Positions 41,901-54,006 of a stretch of DNA of 64,000 bases are shown in pieces. The position numbers and the translations under genes were made by a program. The DNA comes from Phoronis australis (lineage: Eukaryota > Animalia > Phoronida). A model generated the notes under the pieces. It was not told the DNA's origin and searched no databases. It was given only the letters and a program-made list of their open reading frames with translations. Each line of letters opens with the position of its first letter. The first letter of the stretch is position 1. The stretch spans positions 22,478 through 86,477 of the forward strand of contig NMRA01000707.1 of the NCBI GenBank assembly GCA_002633005.1, given 5' to 3'.

Positions 41901-44900
41901 CAGATGCAAATGTTTTCGTTCAGGGGTATCCATGACAACCAACATTCCAATTAAATAAGTAAGCTGGTAACCATCGCTATCGCGCTGGTGAACGAAAATA
42001 GCGTGAGTAAAGATACACACAGACTGTTCTTTCTCAGTATTCTTCAGAATGACAACTTAGAAATTGTAGTTCTCAGGAATAGAAGTGTAGCCGTTTTTAG
42101 GTTATGATTATGTAACACGAGACATTCCCAGCGTTGGACCTTTGGGAGTTCGGCTATGTGTATGATTGGGTTTGCCGCTGAGAGATTAGATTATCCAATA
42201 CCATAGATTGAGTCGGCATGGCAAGTCCCTTTTGTAGAGCTCAGTAGAGTGAGCAAGATACCAAGTAGCCCAATTATTGGGAGCTGGTAACCCTTACATA
42301 GACTTTTTTTATTCATAATCCTTTACAGTGATTTTATAACTGGGTTGTATTCTTTCGAATCTTTCTGTAGAGTTCTGATGCAAAATTGTATCCTCTTATA
42401 TATTTCCAACCAAAAACGTGAACCCTTTAGTAGAGAATTTAATCGCAAAAGGCAACCCAGTGCGCAAATACCTAAGCTAACGGTGAAAAACTCGCTCATC
42501 TGTGCGGCACGTCCCGTTTACTTACACTGTGGAGATGCCCCTCGGGTCGATCCGGGGCTAGCCGAAATTAAACGATTGTGGAGCTTTTCGAAGGCTTGAA
42601 ACTAGTCTTATTTCATCAAATATCGGGTTGGTTCCTAAGAAAAATGTAGACTGAGGTGTGAACTTCTCTTTATTATACCTTGTCCTTCATTTCATTTTTT
42701 TTTCCTGGATTTTCCACACCTAAATCGTTCAGTGTCGACACCTAGTGTCGTGACCTTTTTATAGCCGTTTTGAACGTAGTCACCGATTCGCCCCTAGGGA
42801 AATATGAGAGTTCATTATACTAGAAAATGCAAAAAACAAACTAGCAAATAAAATACCCATCAATCAAGGCAAGAGTGGGCGAATACCTTTATACGTCTGG
42901 TCTTATTATAAACATCTTCTGCAGACATTTACATGGTAGTGCCCTTAGAAAAAACATGCATGGAAAGCTGATTTCGGAGCATAAGTGTTTTTCACGTTTG
43001 TGAGCGCATTTTAAGTAGAGTAGTTGCATCGATTTCTGGTAAATTTCTGCCCCTTGATGTACTGTCAAGATATGTATTATTGGTAAAAAAATTCAAAAAA
43101 ATCCAGTTCGGTGTGGCAGTGCTGAAAAAGATACCACTTAAATTACGAAGAGTTTGAAAGAACAATCTTCTCTTTGAACTGGTAATATATCGCTTTACCA
43201 ATGATTAAAAATGTCGAATGTAGGCATACCACAAACGAAAAGAAAACTGCTTTTTCTGTGTCTGTTAACGTTGGGTTATACAAGTTTCTCAAAATACCTT
43301 TGGTGAATTTGAGTGTTATATAAATCAAGACAGTGTCTTCTCACGCAGCACAAGCCATAGCAGTTGTGAGATGCCTCATCTCCCATGTTAAACATTCAGA
43401 ATTTACTACATACGTAGAGTGAAAATTTTGATGACGTGGTTTCAGCCATTATAAAATCAAAGTTCACCGTAATATTTGCAACCACGATTTATTGTTTTCC
43501 CGACGCCTTAGTAAGTTTTCTGAAGTCTTCAACAGCCATGAGCTAGGATGGCCGTCTCTTATTTCAAACATTGTGTAAAGGTACACTGGGGAGCTGAGAC
43601 ATGTGCATTGTGAACAGTTTTGGAGAGCAATAAACGACCGAATTGTATTAGAAGTCAGCAGTGCATATACCGCGCTAAAGATCATATTTTTTCGAAACAT
43701 GAAGACTGTTGGTAAGGAAATGTTGAAATGCACAATAGAAGACAAATGCGTTTGCCATGGTTACATTTTCCATTTTCCAAGTTTTAAACAGTTTTAGACC
43801 TTATGTTTGTTGTGTTTGTAGTTCTTACTGATTGTTATCGACTGTTGGGCGTTTTCAGACCTGGTTCCTTCTATAAACTGCAAAAAATCTTCTCGTCCCA
43901 TTTTCGAAGATGATGTGTGATACTCTGCGCCATTTCTGTTACTAATTAGTAATTGTTAATTGTGAGCTACTGGTTCCGTTACGATAATATGCACATGGTA
44001 GAGATAAGTAGTTTGTGAACAGTTTACAGATTTGCTTGCTCACGTTAGCCGAACCTGAAAAACGATTACGTTTACTTCGATGGAGATAATGTTTCTATGG
44101 TAACGGACTAATGAAAGAGTAATTGCGTGTAATAGTTAATGAAACAAAGATGTAGAGGTGACAGATATTTAATACTTGAAAATTCAATCGAGTAAACAAG
44201 TCGATTGGTCGTAACCCGCATCACACTTACCAGCCCGCAGATATGGTAATATGCGGCAAACGTTTCAGGAGACATTGAATGCTGTTCATTTTTCTTAGTA
44301 CTAGAGTTATTAAAACGTGACAACGTGGATACGTTTATGGGCAGGTGCAATCGATTATGATTCCTCATATGTAGTTTGTAACGATTCGTTCACGACTAGA
44401 GGTATATGGTTGAATATCTCTGTAACTCTGATACGCGACGTCTATTGCCGATTTGTTACACCATTTGCAGTATCTGTTCGATGTGCGAAAAAGTCAACAA
44501 CTACTTGACATTACAAACACTGACAATTAGGTAAAACATTGAATTTTTATAAAGCAGATTTGTATGATAGCATTGTGCCCTTGAAGCTTTCGCGTTGGCC
44601 GCTGAGGTCAGATTTGGACACTGGTCATTCGTTGTATGAAGTGGATTTTTTACCAGTCGCACTTAGCATGAGAACATATTTCTTGACAGCGCACTGACCA
44701 GGCAAAATTTTAAATTGAAAACCACATTGCCAGTGACGTCATTTATGTACCTTGGCAACAATGCAGTAAATGAAGTATATTCCGCCTTGAACACGGTTCT
44801 TGGTTGAGGCGCATAAACAGGTCCGTAATGCGCATGTGCAGCGACGTAACCCCGCGTCGTACATCTCGGGTTTTACTCAGTGAATCGAATGTAAGATTGA

Positions 44901-47900
44901 GAGAGGCTGAATTGCAGCGAAGTATGGACTGAGAAGTGAAATTTGGATCATTCGCGCCTTCACAGCCAATGCTGCCGATCGAAAATGTCTCAACGGATTA
45001 TAATAACCGGCTAGTATGTGTATTTTTGTGAATGTTTATGCATGAACTAATTTATGCGATTTGCTCGTGACTAGACCTATGTGACCACTCGGCTATAAGC
45101 CACGGCAGAAAGCGTCAGTCAATTATTTTAACTAACGAGTATAGGTGGTCATATGGTCATAGTTCACAGCTGACACACTATTCGTATCGTAGACTATAAG
45201 TTCTGTTTTACATAGCCAGCACTGTTACAAGTGAACTATAGGGAGCGTCTTGTTTGTTCATGGTTTTATTATGAAATTGATCCTGAATTTTATGAGTAGA
45301 GAGTCACTGTTTGCAGACGTCGATGCGGGCGTCGCTGCATATTTTATGAAAATCAAACGGACACGTACACGCTTTGAAACGTATTGCGGCTTACTACATG
45401 AATCAATCGGACACTGGTCCCTGTTTATTTCAGGACAAATTTATCTTTTGTGTTGACTTTTCAGGCGATAAGGCGCCTGACACGTTTTTCAAAATTCTAT
45501 GTAGGTTAAAGCAACATCAGTGAGTAGACATTTGATTTACCTATGCGTTGTGATTATGAAGGTCATATGCATACACATATACAATGTACGTTTACCTTGC
45601 TTGCACATGTAACCGGCGTACACAGGTTGTGTTTCAATGAAGTTACACCACGTTTTTCAAAGCACAAGGAAGAACGCTGAAATACAACAGTCACACGCGT
45701 AGTCCACGTTTGTGTTCTAAAATAATTTAGGCTTTGTTGCTGTACACGGTTGCCACTAAGCGTCTTAAAAATCGACGCATGTTAGAGCTGTTTGCGTTCA
45801 TTTGTATTTCTTCAGACATAACACGTCTGGCTCGGTAACTCTACTGTTCCATGGTTGTGGCGAGAAGAGTGCTATACATAACATTTACTTTACGGCTTCG
45901 CTCCGCCGAATTGCCAGTAATACTGTTCCTTTTAAAACGTGGGTAAATATTATGGTGAACGGCAGCACAGAAAATGTTGGCGAGGAGGGAATGAGTGTGC
46001 GGAAAAGTGATATTATCGCAGGGATGAAAATTGTGACGCTGGGGAGGGGCAACTCAATTAAGCAATGTCCCCAGTATGGCCCTGACAAACAGTAGTTGAG
46101 CTTTAGTTTTCGTCAAGACAGAATCTTTCAAGGCTGATGTCTCGACGTACGTTATCTTTCTTGTTATCGATGGCTAGGGTTGGACTCAATTAATAAGAGG
46201 GTTCAAACTGTGGTCAACGCCAGCAGCGGGGGTCTCCGCTACAACTAAAACACCTAAAGACTGTATGACAATTAATATACAAGTATGCAAATACAAATAT
46301 ACGCCCTTTTCCAGATTGATCGCATTTTTAAACGTAGGTCCATTGACAGAACAGCAAGAATTGTTTGAAATGGTTAAATGGTTTCAATCTTTGATTTCGT
46401 TAAATGACTATAAACCTGGTCTGTGTTTGTGGGTAAACACGAGAAAAAACGCCACGCCGTTTTGCAGACGTTCTTTCTATGATTTTTATAAATAAGATGC
46501 CGATGCTGTGGACCTGTGACTCTTCAATAAAGCAGTAGCATTAACTCCAGTTTCAGTACGCAGTGATGTTGGTATTGATCTATATCTTGTCGATGACTAT
46601 TTGCAAACAGTCCTCTGATATTAGTGGGCACGAGCTTTGAGTTAAATAGTTACGTCTGAGTATTATCGACTGTGAATCTCGTCTCTCATGTGTATTCCCT
46701 GATGGGAATTCAGCCACCGTCGCATCCATTGACGATACTCGTGGAACTAATCAAATTGAAACCGAGACAAAATTGTCGAGTGATCGAAATTCAACCATCT
46801 ACAGATTACACAAATTTCTACAGTAGTTTCTAAAAGAGGCGTGAAATTGGATGATTATAGTGTATTTAAGAGATTTGTTAATTATAATTCATTATAAATC
46901 TGATATCCCTCTCTGCTGTAAATGTGGCCCATGTACGTGTAGGCCCATGCAGGCCCATGTAGGCCCATGCACAAATTTCTGAAATTACACCTCAGTGGCC
47001 TCTTCTTCAAAGTTGTTTGCTTGTTTCACAAACAGGCGCATGCACCTAAAACTTAACGGCTGTCTCCTGTATATGGGTGTCTGTAATCGTACATTTGTGT
47101 GTGTTTTGTTTATTCGTACATTTCAGCTAAATAATTAATGCTAAATTGAGTACACGTCAACAACTACTGTTTGGTAAACGACAGGCAAAGATTCCGTTAT
47201 GTGCTATTCAAAAACTTGGTGCTCGTGTCGCATATAGGCGCACGTGCCTCATCCCGTTGTAGAGCACAGCCTCACATGCATGCCTATGGACCCTGATACT
47301 GTATACTGTCTTTGATCATATACATTGCAGTGAGGACTACTTCCTATGCATCTAGCCGTATTACTATGCTGTCCAGCTTAATCTTCACTCTGGTGGCAAA
47401 ACGCGCTACTCTCCAATCGGAGATTCTATACGTTTAATCCTTACACGAGACAGAGTTGTATCTTATTTCAATAATTACTTTACGCATCTTCCTGGGGGTA
47501 ATGCTACTAATACTAACTGTACAAGTATGTACAGTCGATGTATACCTAAACGTACGAAATGCAATCTTGTAAATCACCTTCAAGTGTGCCGAGTTATTTT
47601 TGACTGCGAAAAGTCATAACATTTTTATACGTATAGAAATTACGTAAATTGTCACGATAGACGAGAACTGCCTGGTTTGAGAAAACCCAGTTCCACACTC
47701 CACAGTCAATTCGTAAAGAAGACAAGGGACGACTAGCGACTCCTATGGGACCTTGGCGAAAGTTTGATCCTAATTTGAACATGCACGCAAAAATCCCCCT
47801 GGCTTGAGGCCAGCTACTGATACAGATTTCTGGTGAACCGCTTATCCCAAGGGGCGCAAAGGCTATCTCGCTGTTCTTTCACATGTTCATGTGCCCCAGG

Positions 47901-48278
47901 TAAAAAAGTTGATGTAGCGCGACATTTTGTAGATGTCCGGCTTACATGATGCTATTTAACCGCCTCCTGTAAAAATTGTAAGTTTTAATGTAGGCCACTT
48001 ACCGTTGTGAAATTGGTGGTGATTTCGGCGCATCGAATGATCGCCTGGACAAAGCAGACTGAGCAAACCTGATATCGAGCACTTGAATAATTTCTGTCAT
48101 TTTTTTCCTGGACCAGAATTCCGTTTGAGTAATAGTAAGGAATAAGTGGAAAGCAATTTTATCGCGGTCAGTGACCAAAATCATACGTCACGTTTTTGAT
48201 TCTAGGAGGCGGATACATAGCTTTAGTGCACTTTGTATGTTGTGTCTGAGCGAGTAAAGGTTGCGTTTTTATTTTCAG

Positions 48279-48705
48279 TACCGAGAGCAGAGATAATCCT
48301 TTCCAACCAGATGGCGACATTAGCAAATCTGCGGAGTTGATATTACGTCATTCAAAAATCTCGGCAAGCGAGGTGGTCATCGTGGACCCAACCAGTCCGG
48401 ACTATAACCACACTGAGCAAAAATTTGAAATACCGGAACCAAACGAAGAGAAATTGAGCCCAATAATTGATTCGCCGGTTAGTAACGAACCTGATATTAG
48501 CGGAGGAAATCCAAAAGTCAAAGAAAATGGAACAGTTGAGGAAACTATAAATCCGGAGCAAGTGCAAAAGTCGGAGTCTTCCCCAAAAGAAGATGGCGAG
48601 ACTTCACCGGCCACGGCCACACCGGCCGTTGCTGGGGACGAAGAACCCAAACCGACGGACAATGAACCAGAGACGAAAAAGAAAGAATGCTGCACAATTT
48701 TGTGA
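48279..48705 (+). CDS. Terminal exon of an acidic prenylated (CaaX) membrane-associated protein with a paralemmin-like C-terminus
   Basis: tttttattttcag|T, phase 2; TESRDNPFQPDGDISKSAELILRHSK...EPETKKKECCTIL-stop; E/P/S/T-rich linker, polybasic KKK, extra Cys and CTIL CaaX. Confidence 0.88.
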
Positions 48706-51291
48706 GAAAAAAATACGAATTATTCCTCTGTGGCCATCCAGATGTGGGTGACTTTGGAATTGTTTTGAAATTGACTGGAAGTCCAGATCCAGGCAAAATG
48801 CTCACGTTGAATTTGGATTACATTGCTTCACCGAAATGTAGGAAAGATCTTGGATAATAAGGAGTAGTGCCTTTCGAGAAATATAAGTGTGCACTCAAAA
48901 GAGACACCGACTACCTGCTTGGTTGTGGATGTGTATGTATTTTGTTTCGCCACCTTGTGTAAGTTGATCATGTACAGGAGTAGTGTTGAATTGAAGACAT
49001 AGATGTCGCTGTTTTATTTGCTTCTGGTAGAGGATATGATTTTAACTTAAGTGTGTTCCTAGGAGCAAGTCTCTAGCGAGGTCACGAAAGTCTTTGCAAC
49101 AGATATCGCCATGCGTCTCAAGCGAAGCACGTGATTACAATAGCGTTTCTCGCGAGCGTCTTGCATGTGTTGAACGTCGCCCTTGGTAGATCCCAAGCTG
49201 GGTATTGTGAAAAAACGAAATTGAAAGTCACATACGCGTAAATGTAATGCGCTATCTAAAACACCTGTTTTACCGAGGTCACATTTTAGACCTTCTTTCT
49301 ATTCGTCCAGTGAGCTAGCTCAATTTTAAACAATTAGCAATCAAGGCCGAGTACAGGTCATCGATAGCTTCTACGGACGGATTTGCCCGCTCCGCAAGTT
49401 TGATTCCTACTTATCCGACCGCATTTGGCTGGACGTCACTGCTGCCATGCAGTACATACTGTTCATACGTAGACACGTTCAGCAAAAATAGTTTTGCTCA
49501 AATAATGTCTCATCTACTAAAATGCTTGTGAAAAGTTCCGTCGCACAGTAAAATTACATTCTTCATGTTCTGCGAGTAACTACGAGCCTGCAGGCTTGTT
49601 AGCGTGTCTTGGAAAACGTGGAACATTGCTGGGCATTATTTACAACCGTCGAACCTCAACAAATGTATGACCATTAGTGAACTACAAAAAGGTTGTGAAG
49701 TGCGTATTTTACAGATACCGCGGCAGCATTTTGTAAATTGCAAGTGTAGTTAGTTACTGATTCTAAAATGTGCGCAAAAGTAGCCTTCAACTGACGAGTC
49801 GAAGGCACTTGCTACATTTGATGTTCTTCGCTGGTTAGGCCGGGTCAACTGGCCAAGACTCCTCATTGGTCTATACGGCAGAAGTCGTCATCGCGAACCG
49901 ATCTTAGCCGATTGACCCGACGAAGCCAATCAAGTGCAGCCACTGTACATCTTAGTTTTTATTTGTCCATGGTGGCGTCTCGGCGAGATGATGAAATAGT
50001 CATGGCAGTAACAGGGTTGCCTTGATCTGTTTTTATTTAAATGCTTTTGAATGGTCGCTTTTAATTCGCTCTGCAGTGTGGGTTAATTTGAACTGCTCGG
50101 TAGCGGTGAAACGTCCGTTAGGAGGACGCACATTGCGCTAAAATGCACTATTAGCAGAAATAACAGACTGAGTGAACAAGATGACGTCAGATGATATCAT
50201 TGGGCTCGAAGAAATCGATTAGCTGTGTGCTTAGAAGTAGAATATGTTACCGACAACTCGCTAGGCTCTACTGCAGCCGATTCTACTATTGGATTTGCCA
50301 TGGTCTTTGTGAAAACTCGTGTATTGCATGTTTCATTACTGTGACATGTATTCGTATTGATATTTTATTTATTCATTATATCAGCTATTTGTGCATGAAA
50401 ATACATTTGTTAAAAGATCATTCTGTTCCTCTACACGATTAGATTTAGGGGAGGGGCGGGGGAGTCACCCCCGCCTCTGGACATGACTAAAAGACGTCGT
50501 CGCCATGTCGGTTTTATTCGTGCCCGGCGAACTAAATTCTTTCAAAATTCTGCTCCCTCGCGACATCCTAGACCAGTCGGTCTTATGCTTGTGTTATAAA
50601 GGGGTGACCCAAGAAGTCTAACCGGCAAAGTTGGTGTGGAAATCATATCTTTCGGAAAGCAAAAGAAAATCACTCGTACTGCAAGAACTTTGTGGAATGG
50701 TCACCTGTAGACTGAAGCTCAAGTCCTCCATATTGAAAATGTTGAATGTATTACTACTGAGCAGATAGGAATGATTAAAACTTGCATGGGTGACAAGCAT
50801 ATTGCACCCCGCATTATCCTGTATATACGCTCACCACGCTCAAATCAAATGTTCCACACGTGCTGACAGATTTAGCAACCCAAAGTTTTGGAGGAGATGC
50901 CCAATGCTCTACTTTCGCTGTTGATATAAATTAAATCTGGATTATAAAAGAAAATCGTCCTCTGTTAATTCACGTGATATTCACAGAAATAACAGTCATA
51001 AATTTTGAGAAATATATACCATTTTATAACGCCGCCCCAAAATCCACATCGGACTATCCGCGTGTCTCATTGAATTATCTCCTTGCTTTCGAATGCGAGG
51101 CCACATTGTGATTTTAACAACACTTGCTGTTATGTTTTCAAGAGTTTCCCTAATACGTGCACCTGTCTTGCCGATGATTTTGTTCATATTTCTTTTATTT
51201 GATGAGATGGTACCAATACAGTTAATAATCGTTTGTAAAAACGTCTTCAACTAAAAGAAGAAAAATACACGTACATGTATAGTCGCCGCAA

Positions 51292-51297
51292 TTTATT
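51292..51297 (-). terminator. Candidate polyadenylation signal of the cysteine-rich precursor gene
   Basis: AATAAA on the - strand about 170 nt after the stop codon, followed by T-rich sequence. Confidence 0.5.
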
Positions 51298-51464
51298 TTG
51301 TCATTTCACAGTGCAATTTCAATCGGAAATGAATAATTATTGTTATTATTAAGTTGAAGCAATGCAAAACATGAAAACTGGCAATTTTCTTTTTCTCAAA
51401 TGAACGCTATTTCAGAAGAAAATGAAAATTTAAGAATATTGACGACGACCACTCGTAAGGCCAC

Positions 51465-51658
51465 CTATCGGCCGATCAATGTAGTTTCCGGTGGAACGGA
51501 GCAGAAGTTTTGACGTGTTTTGCAACACTTCTCCCAAAGATTTGGATGTTTGCACTGATCTGCTAAGTTGCCGACCTTGAAAATGTTGGCACAGTCTGCC
51601 ACGTTGCCTTTCGCTTCATTGTGGGTGAAAAGAGCAGCCGGAACATCGGCTTTACAGG
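51465..51658 (-). CDS. Exon 7 (terminal): six-cysteine module 4 and C-terminal Gly-Arg
   Basis: gttttcag|CC, phase 1; CKADVPAALFTHNEAKGNVADCANIFKVGNLADQCKHPNLWEKCCKTRQNFCSVPPETTLIGR-stop. The seven exons sum to 804 nt (267 aa plus stop) with no internal stops. Confidence 0.9.
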
Positions 51659-51901
51659 CTGAAAACGACAAGAGGACGTTGCATGCATGGTGTATCCACA
51701 AGTGTTCTAATAACGATCCAGTTTTTGTAAATCAAGCTCGTGATACTTATGGCAATGCACACGTACTTTAGGACAGAGGGTGCAACACAACATTTATAGA
51801 ACAAAACGTTTGATGTATATTTACATCTACCAGACACTGGTACATTATAAAAATATGTTAAGAGAAGGCTGTAATATTGAAGGAAACGCTCTTTAACTTA
51901 C

Positions 51902-52039
51902 GACAGAAGTGGGCCACAGATGCGCAGCAATGCTGTTTTATCAAATGATGGTCGCAGAGTTGAGCTTTGTCCCCTTTGGACAGAATTTCTTGACAGGTCA
52001 TGTCGTTAATGCGAATACCGGTTGTGTCTTGATAGCAAG
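51902..52039 (-). CDS. Exon 6: six-cysteine module 3
   Basis: tatacag|CT...C|gtaagt, 138 nt, phase 1-1; CYQDTTGIRINDMTCQEILSKGDKAQLCDHHLIKQHCCASVAHFC. Confidence 0.9.
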
Positions 52040-52918
52040 CTGTATACAGGGAAATTGATGTTAGGTGCATTTTCTCGTGAGTTTATAAACAAGTAAAGAT
52101 CATAACTGACCCCATCGATCTAGCCAAAACGCCATCCTCAGATAGCCTCCGAAAACCAAAAAGAAGTCGATAGTTTGTTCGTTGAAGACGATTCCACGAA
52201 GCCAATTTACCCACACTAGGCGATAGCTTAAAAAAATCACCACTGACCGGCGGTTAGCGCCAAGCTTTAGATGAAATTTTGTTTTCTCATTTTTTTCATA
52301 ATTTAGTGATATTTGCTACCAGAACGATACTTAGGCATTTCCCAAGTTCAGTTTTATACTACCAGAAGACAACATGTCAAGAAATGTGAGCATTCAAAAC
52401 AATGATTTAACGCCTTGAAAATGAAAAAGTGCATTTTTTGGCAATTGGTTTTGTCCGAAATTAGCGAGATTTTACGGACACCATCTTTACAATCTATTGG
52501 TCTATTTACAGTACGTTGGCACACTGATTTAGTGGATCATAGTGGCATTAGCACCGATCAAAATGCGCTAATGTGATATAGGGAGGTTGGCGTAGAAAAG
52601 ACAAAAAATTGTTACTCGATGCCTCGACATGACTATTCAACGCGGTCTAGAGAAGTAATGTTTTACTTTCAACTGATCAGGTGAATGTTTGGAAACAGTC
52701 AGGTAGTAGATTTTTTACCAGATTATACCACACAAAACAAAATACGAGGCAAGTGCCACAACGAATTATAAGGCATGTTGTAGACTTCCGATAGGATACC
52801 ATTTAAAGAGTTCGTCCTAACCCGTTGATCTGCAGTCTGATTTCGATGTCCGATCCCTCTATTACTAAACTATTAATAAAAATGTCTATGTAGAAATTTT
52901 AGGCTACTATACACTCAC

Positions 52919-53053
52919 TTTCACAATACCGGCGTCGTGTGCCGCAGCAGTACCGTCTGAGCTGGTCGTTTGCACAGGACCGAGCACCAGTCAGTTGGAA
53001 GTACTCGTCGCACGTGTAGCCGCTAATTTTCACGCCTTTAGTGTCCGGGCAAT
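52919..53053 (-). CDS. Exon 5: six-cysteine module 2
   Basis: ttttgtcag|AT...A|gtgagt, 135 nt, phase 1-1; CPDTKGVKISGYTCDEYFQLTGARSCANDQLRRYCCGTRRRYCE. Confidence 0.9.
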
Positions 53054-53778
53054 CTGACAAAATGTCAATAAATCTTTTAATTTTTTTCTGAACAAAAATA
53101 TGCACCAGTTCATCAATATTAAGACTGCGCATAGTTGAAGATTCAGTAAATTAACGAAAACAGAGAGCGGAGAGAATCCTGGTTTTTCACAAATGAGCCC
53201 TCTAATTCCTTGCGAAAGTGGTGAGATCACGCACGTCTCGATTGAACATTGAGTAACGTGCAATATCTAATGCCCGGAAAATCATATGACTGGCAATGCA
53301 TGCCAGATCTTGATGGTTTAAGTTAAGTGCGAAAATTCAAGCTTTGTATCGGTGGTAAAGTCAACAAAAAGGAACGCTTCCATATTCAAAGAGTCTTTTC
53401 GCTCAACTCTCTGGCCAGTGATGCGCACGCACCCATTTTAATGATTCATGAATTGAGCAGTTTCAAACAAGACACGTGATCACACCCTTGTGTACACCTA
53501 AGTAACGTTATTCAACGGACATATTCCTGGGCATGAAAGTGTTCACTCTGCCCAACGTATTTATATAAAAAAACTGATAACACGCCAGAGGCAACATTGG
53601 CATTTGGCTCCCTCCTCTCGGCGTGTCTGACAACACTAAGTCATACTTGGCTCCGACGTGTCACTTCAACCCACTGAGTACCACGTTCAATGTACGCATG
53701 ATTTAGATAAGAACTGGTTATTATTTCAATAATTACACAGAGCATGTATGTATGTATTCCTTTACTGAAATTCCTTAC

Positions 53779-53946
53779 GTTCGCAGTGCCTGTGACGAGT
53801 TGCGCAACACTTTTGCTTCAGTTCGTCATTACCACAAAAAGCTATTCCTGTCTTCAAGAAGAACGCGACGCAAGACAAACCAGTGTATCGTGTTCCTGTT
53901 GACTTCTCTGTCACTGAGAAGCTGGCCGTTGGATCGTCCGTGCACT
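53779..53946 (-). CDS. Exon 4: six-cysteine module 1
   Basis: cttgtag|AG...C|gtaagg, 168 nt, phase 1-1; CTDDPTASFSVTEKSTGTRYTGLSCVAFFLKTGIAFCGNDELKQKCCATRHRHCE. Not in the ORF track. Confidence 0.9.
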
Positions 53947-54006
53947 CTACAAGTATGAAATAATCCCCAGAAATAGTGTGAGTACGCGTAAAGATTTGTA
54001 CCAGAA

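Noticed and set aside
48352-48805. Antisense ORFs over the terminal exon
   Set aside because: Shadow frames of the real + strand exon.
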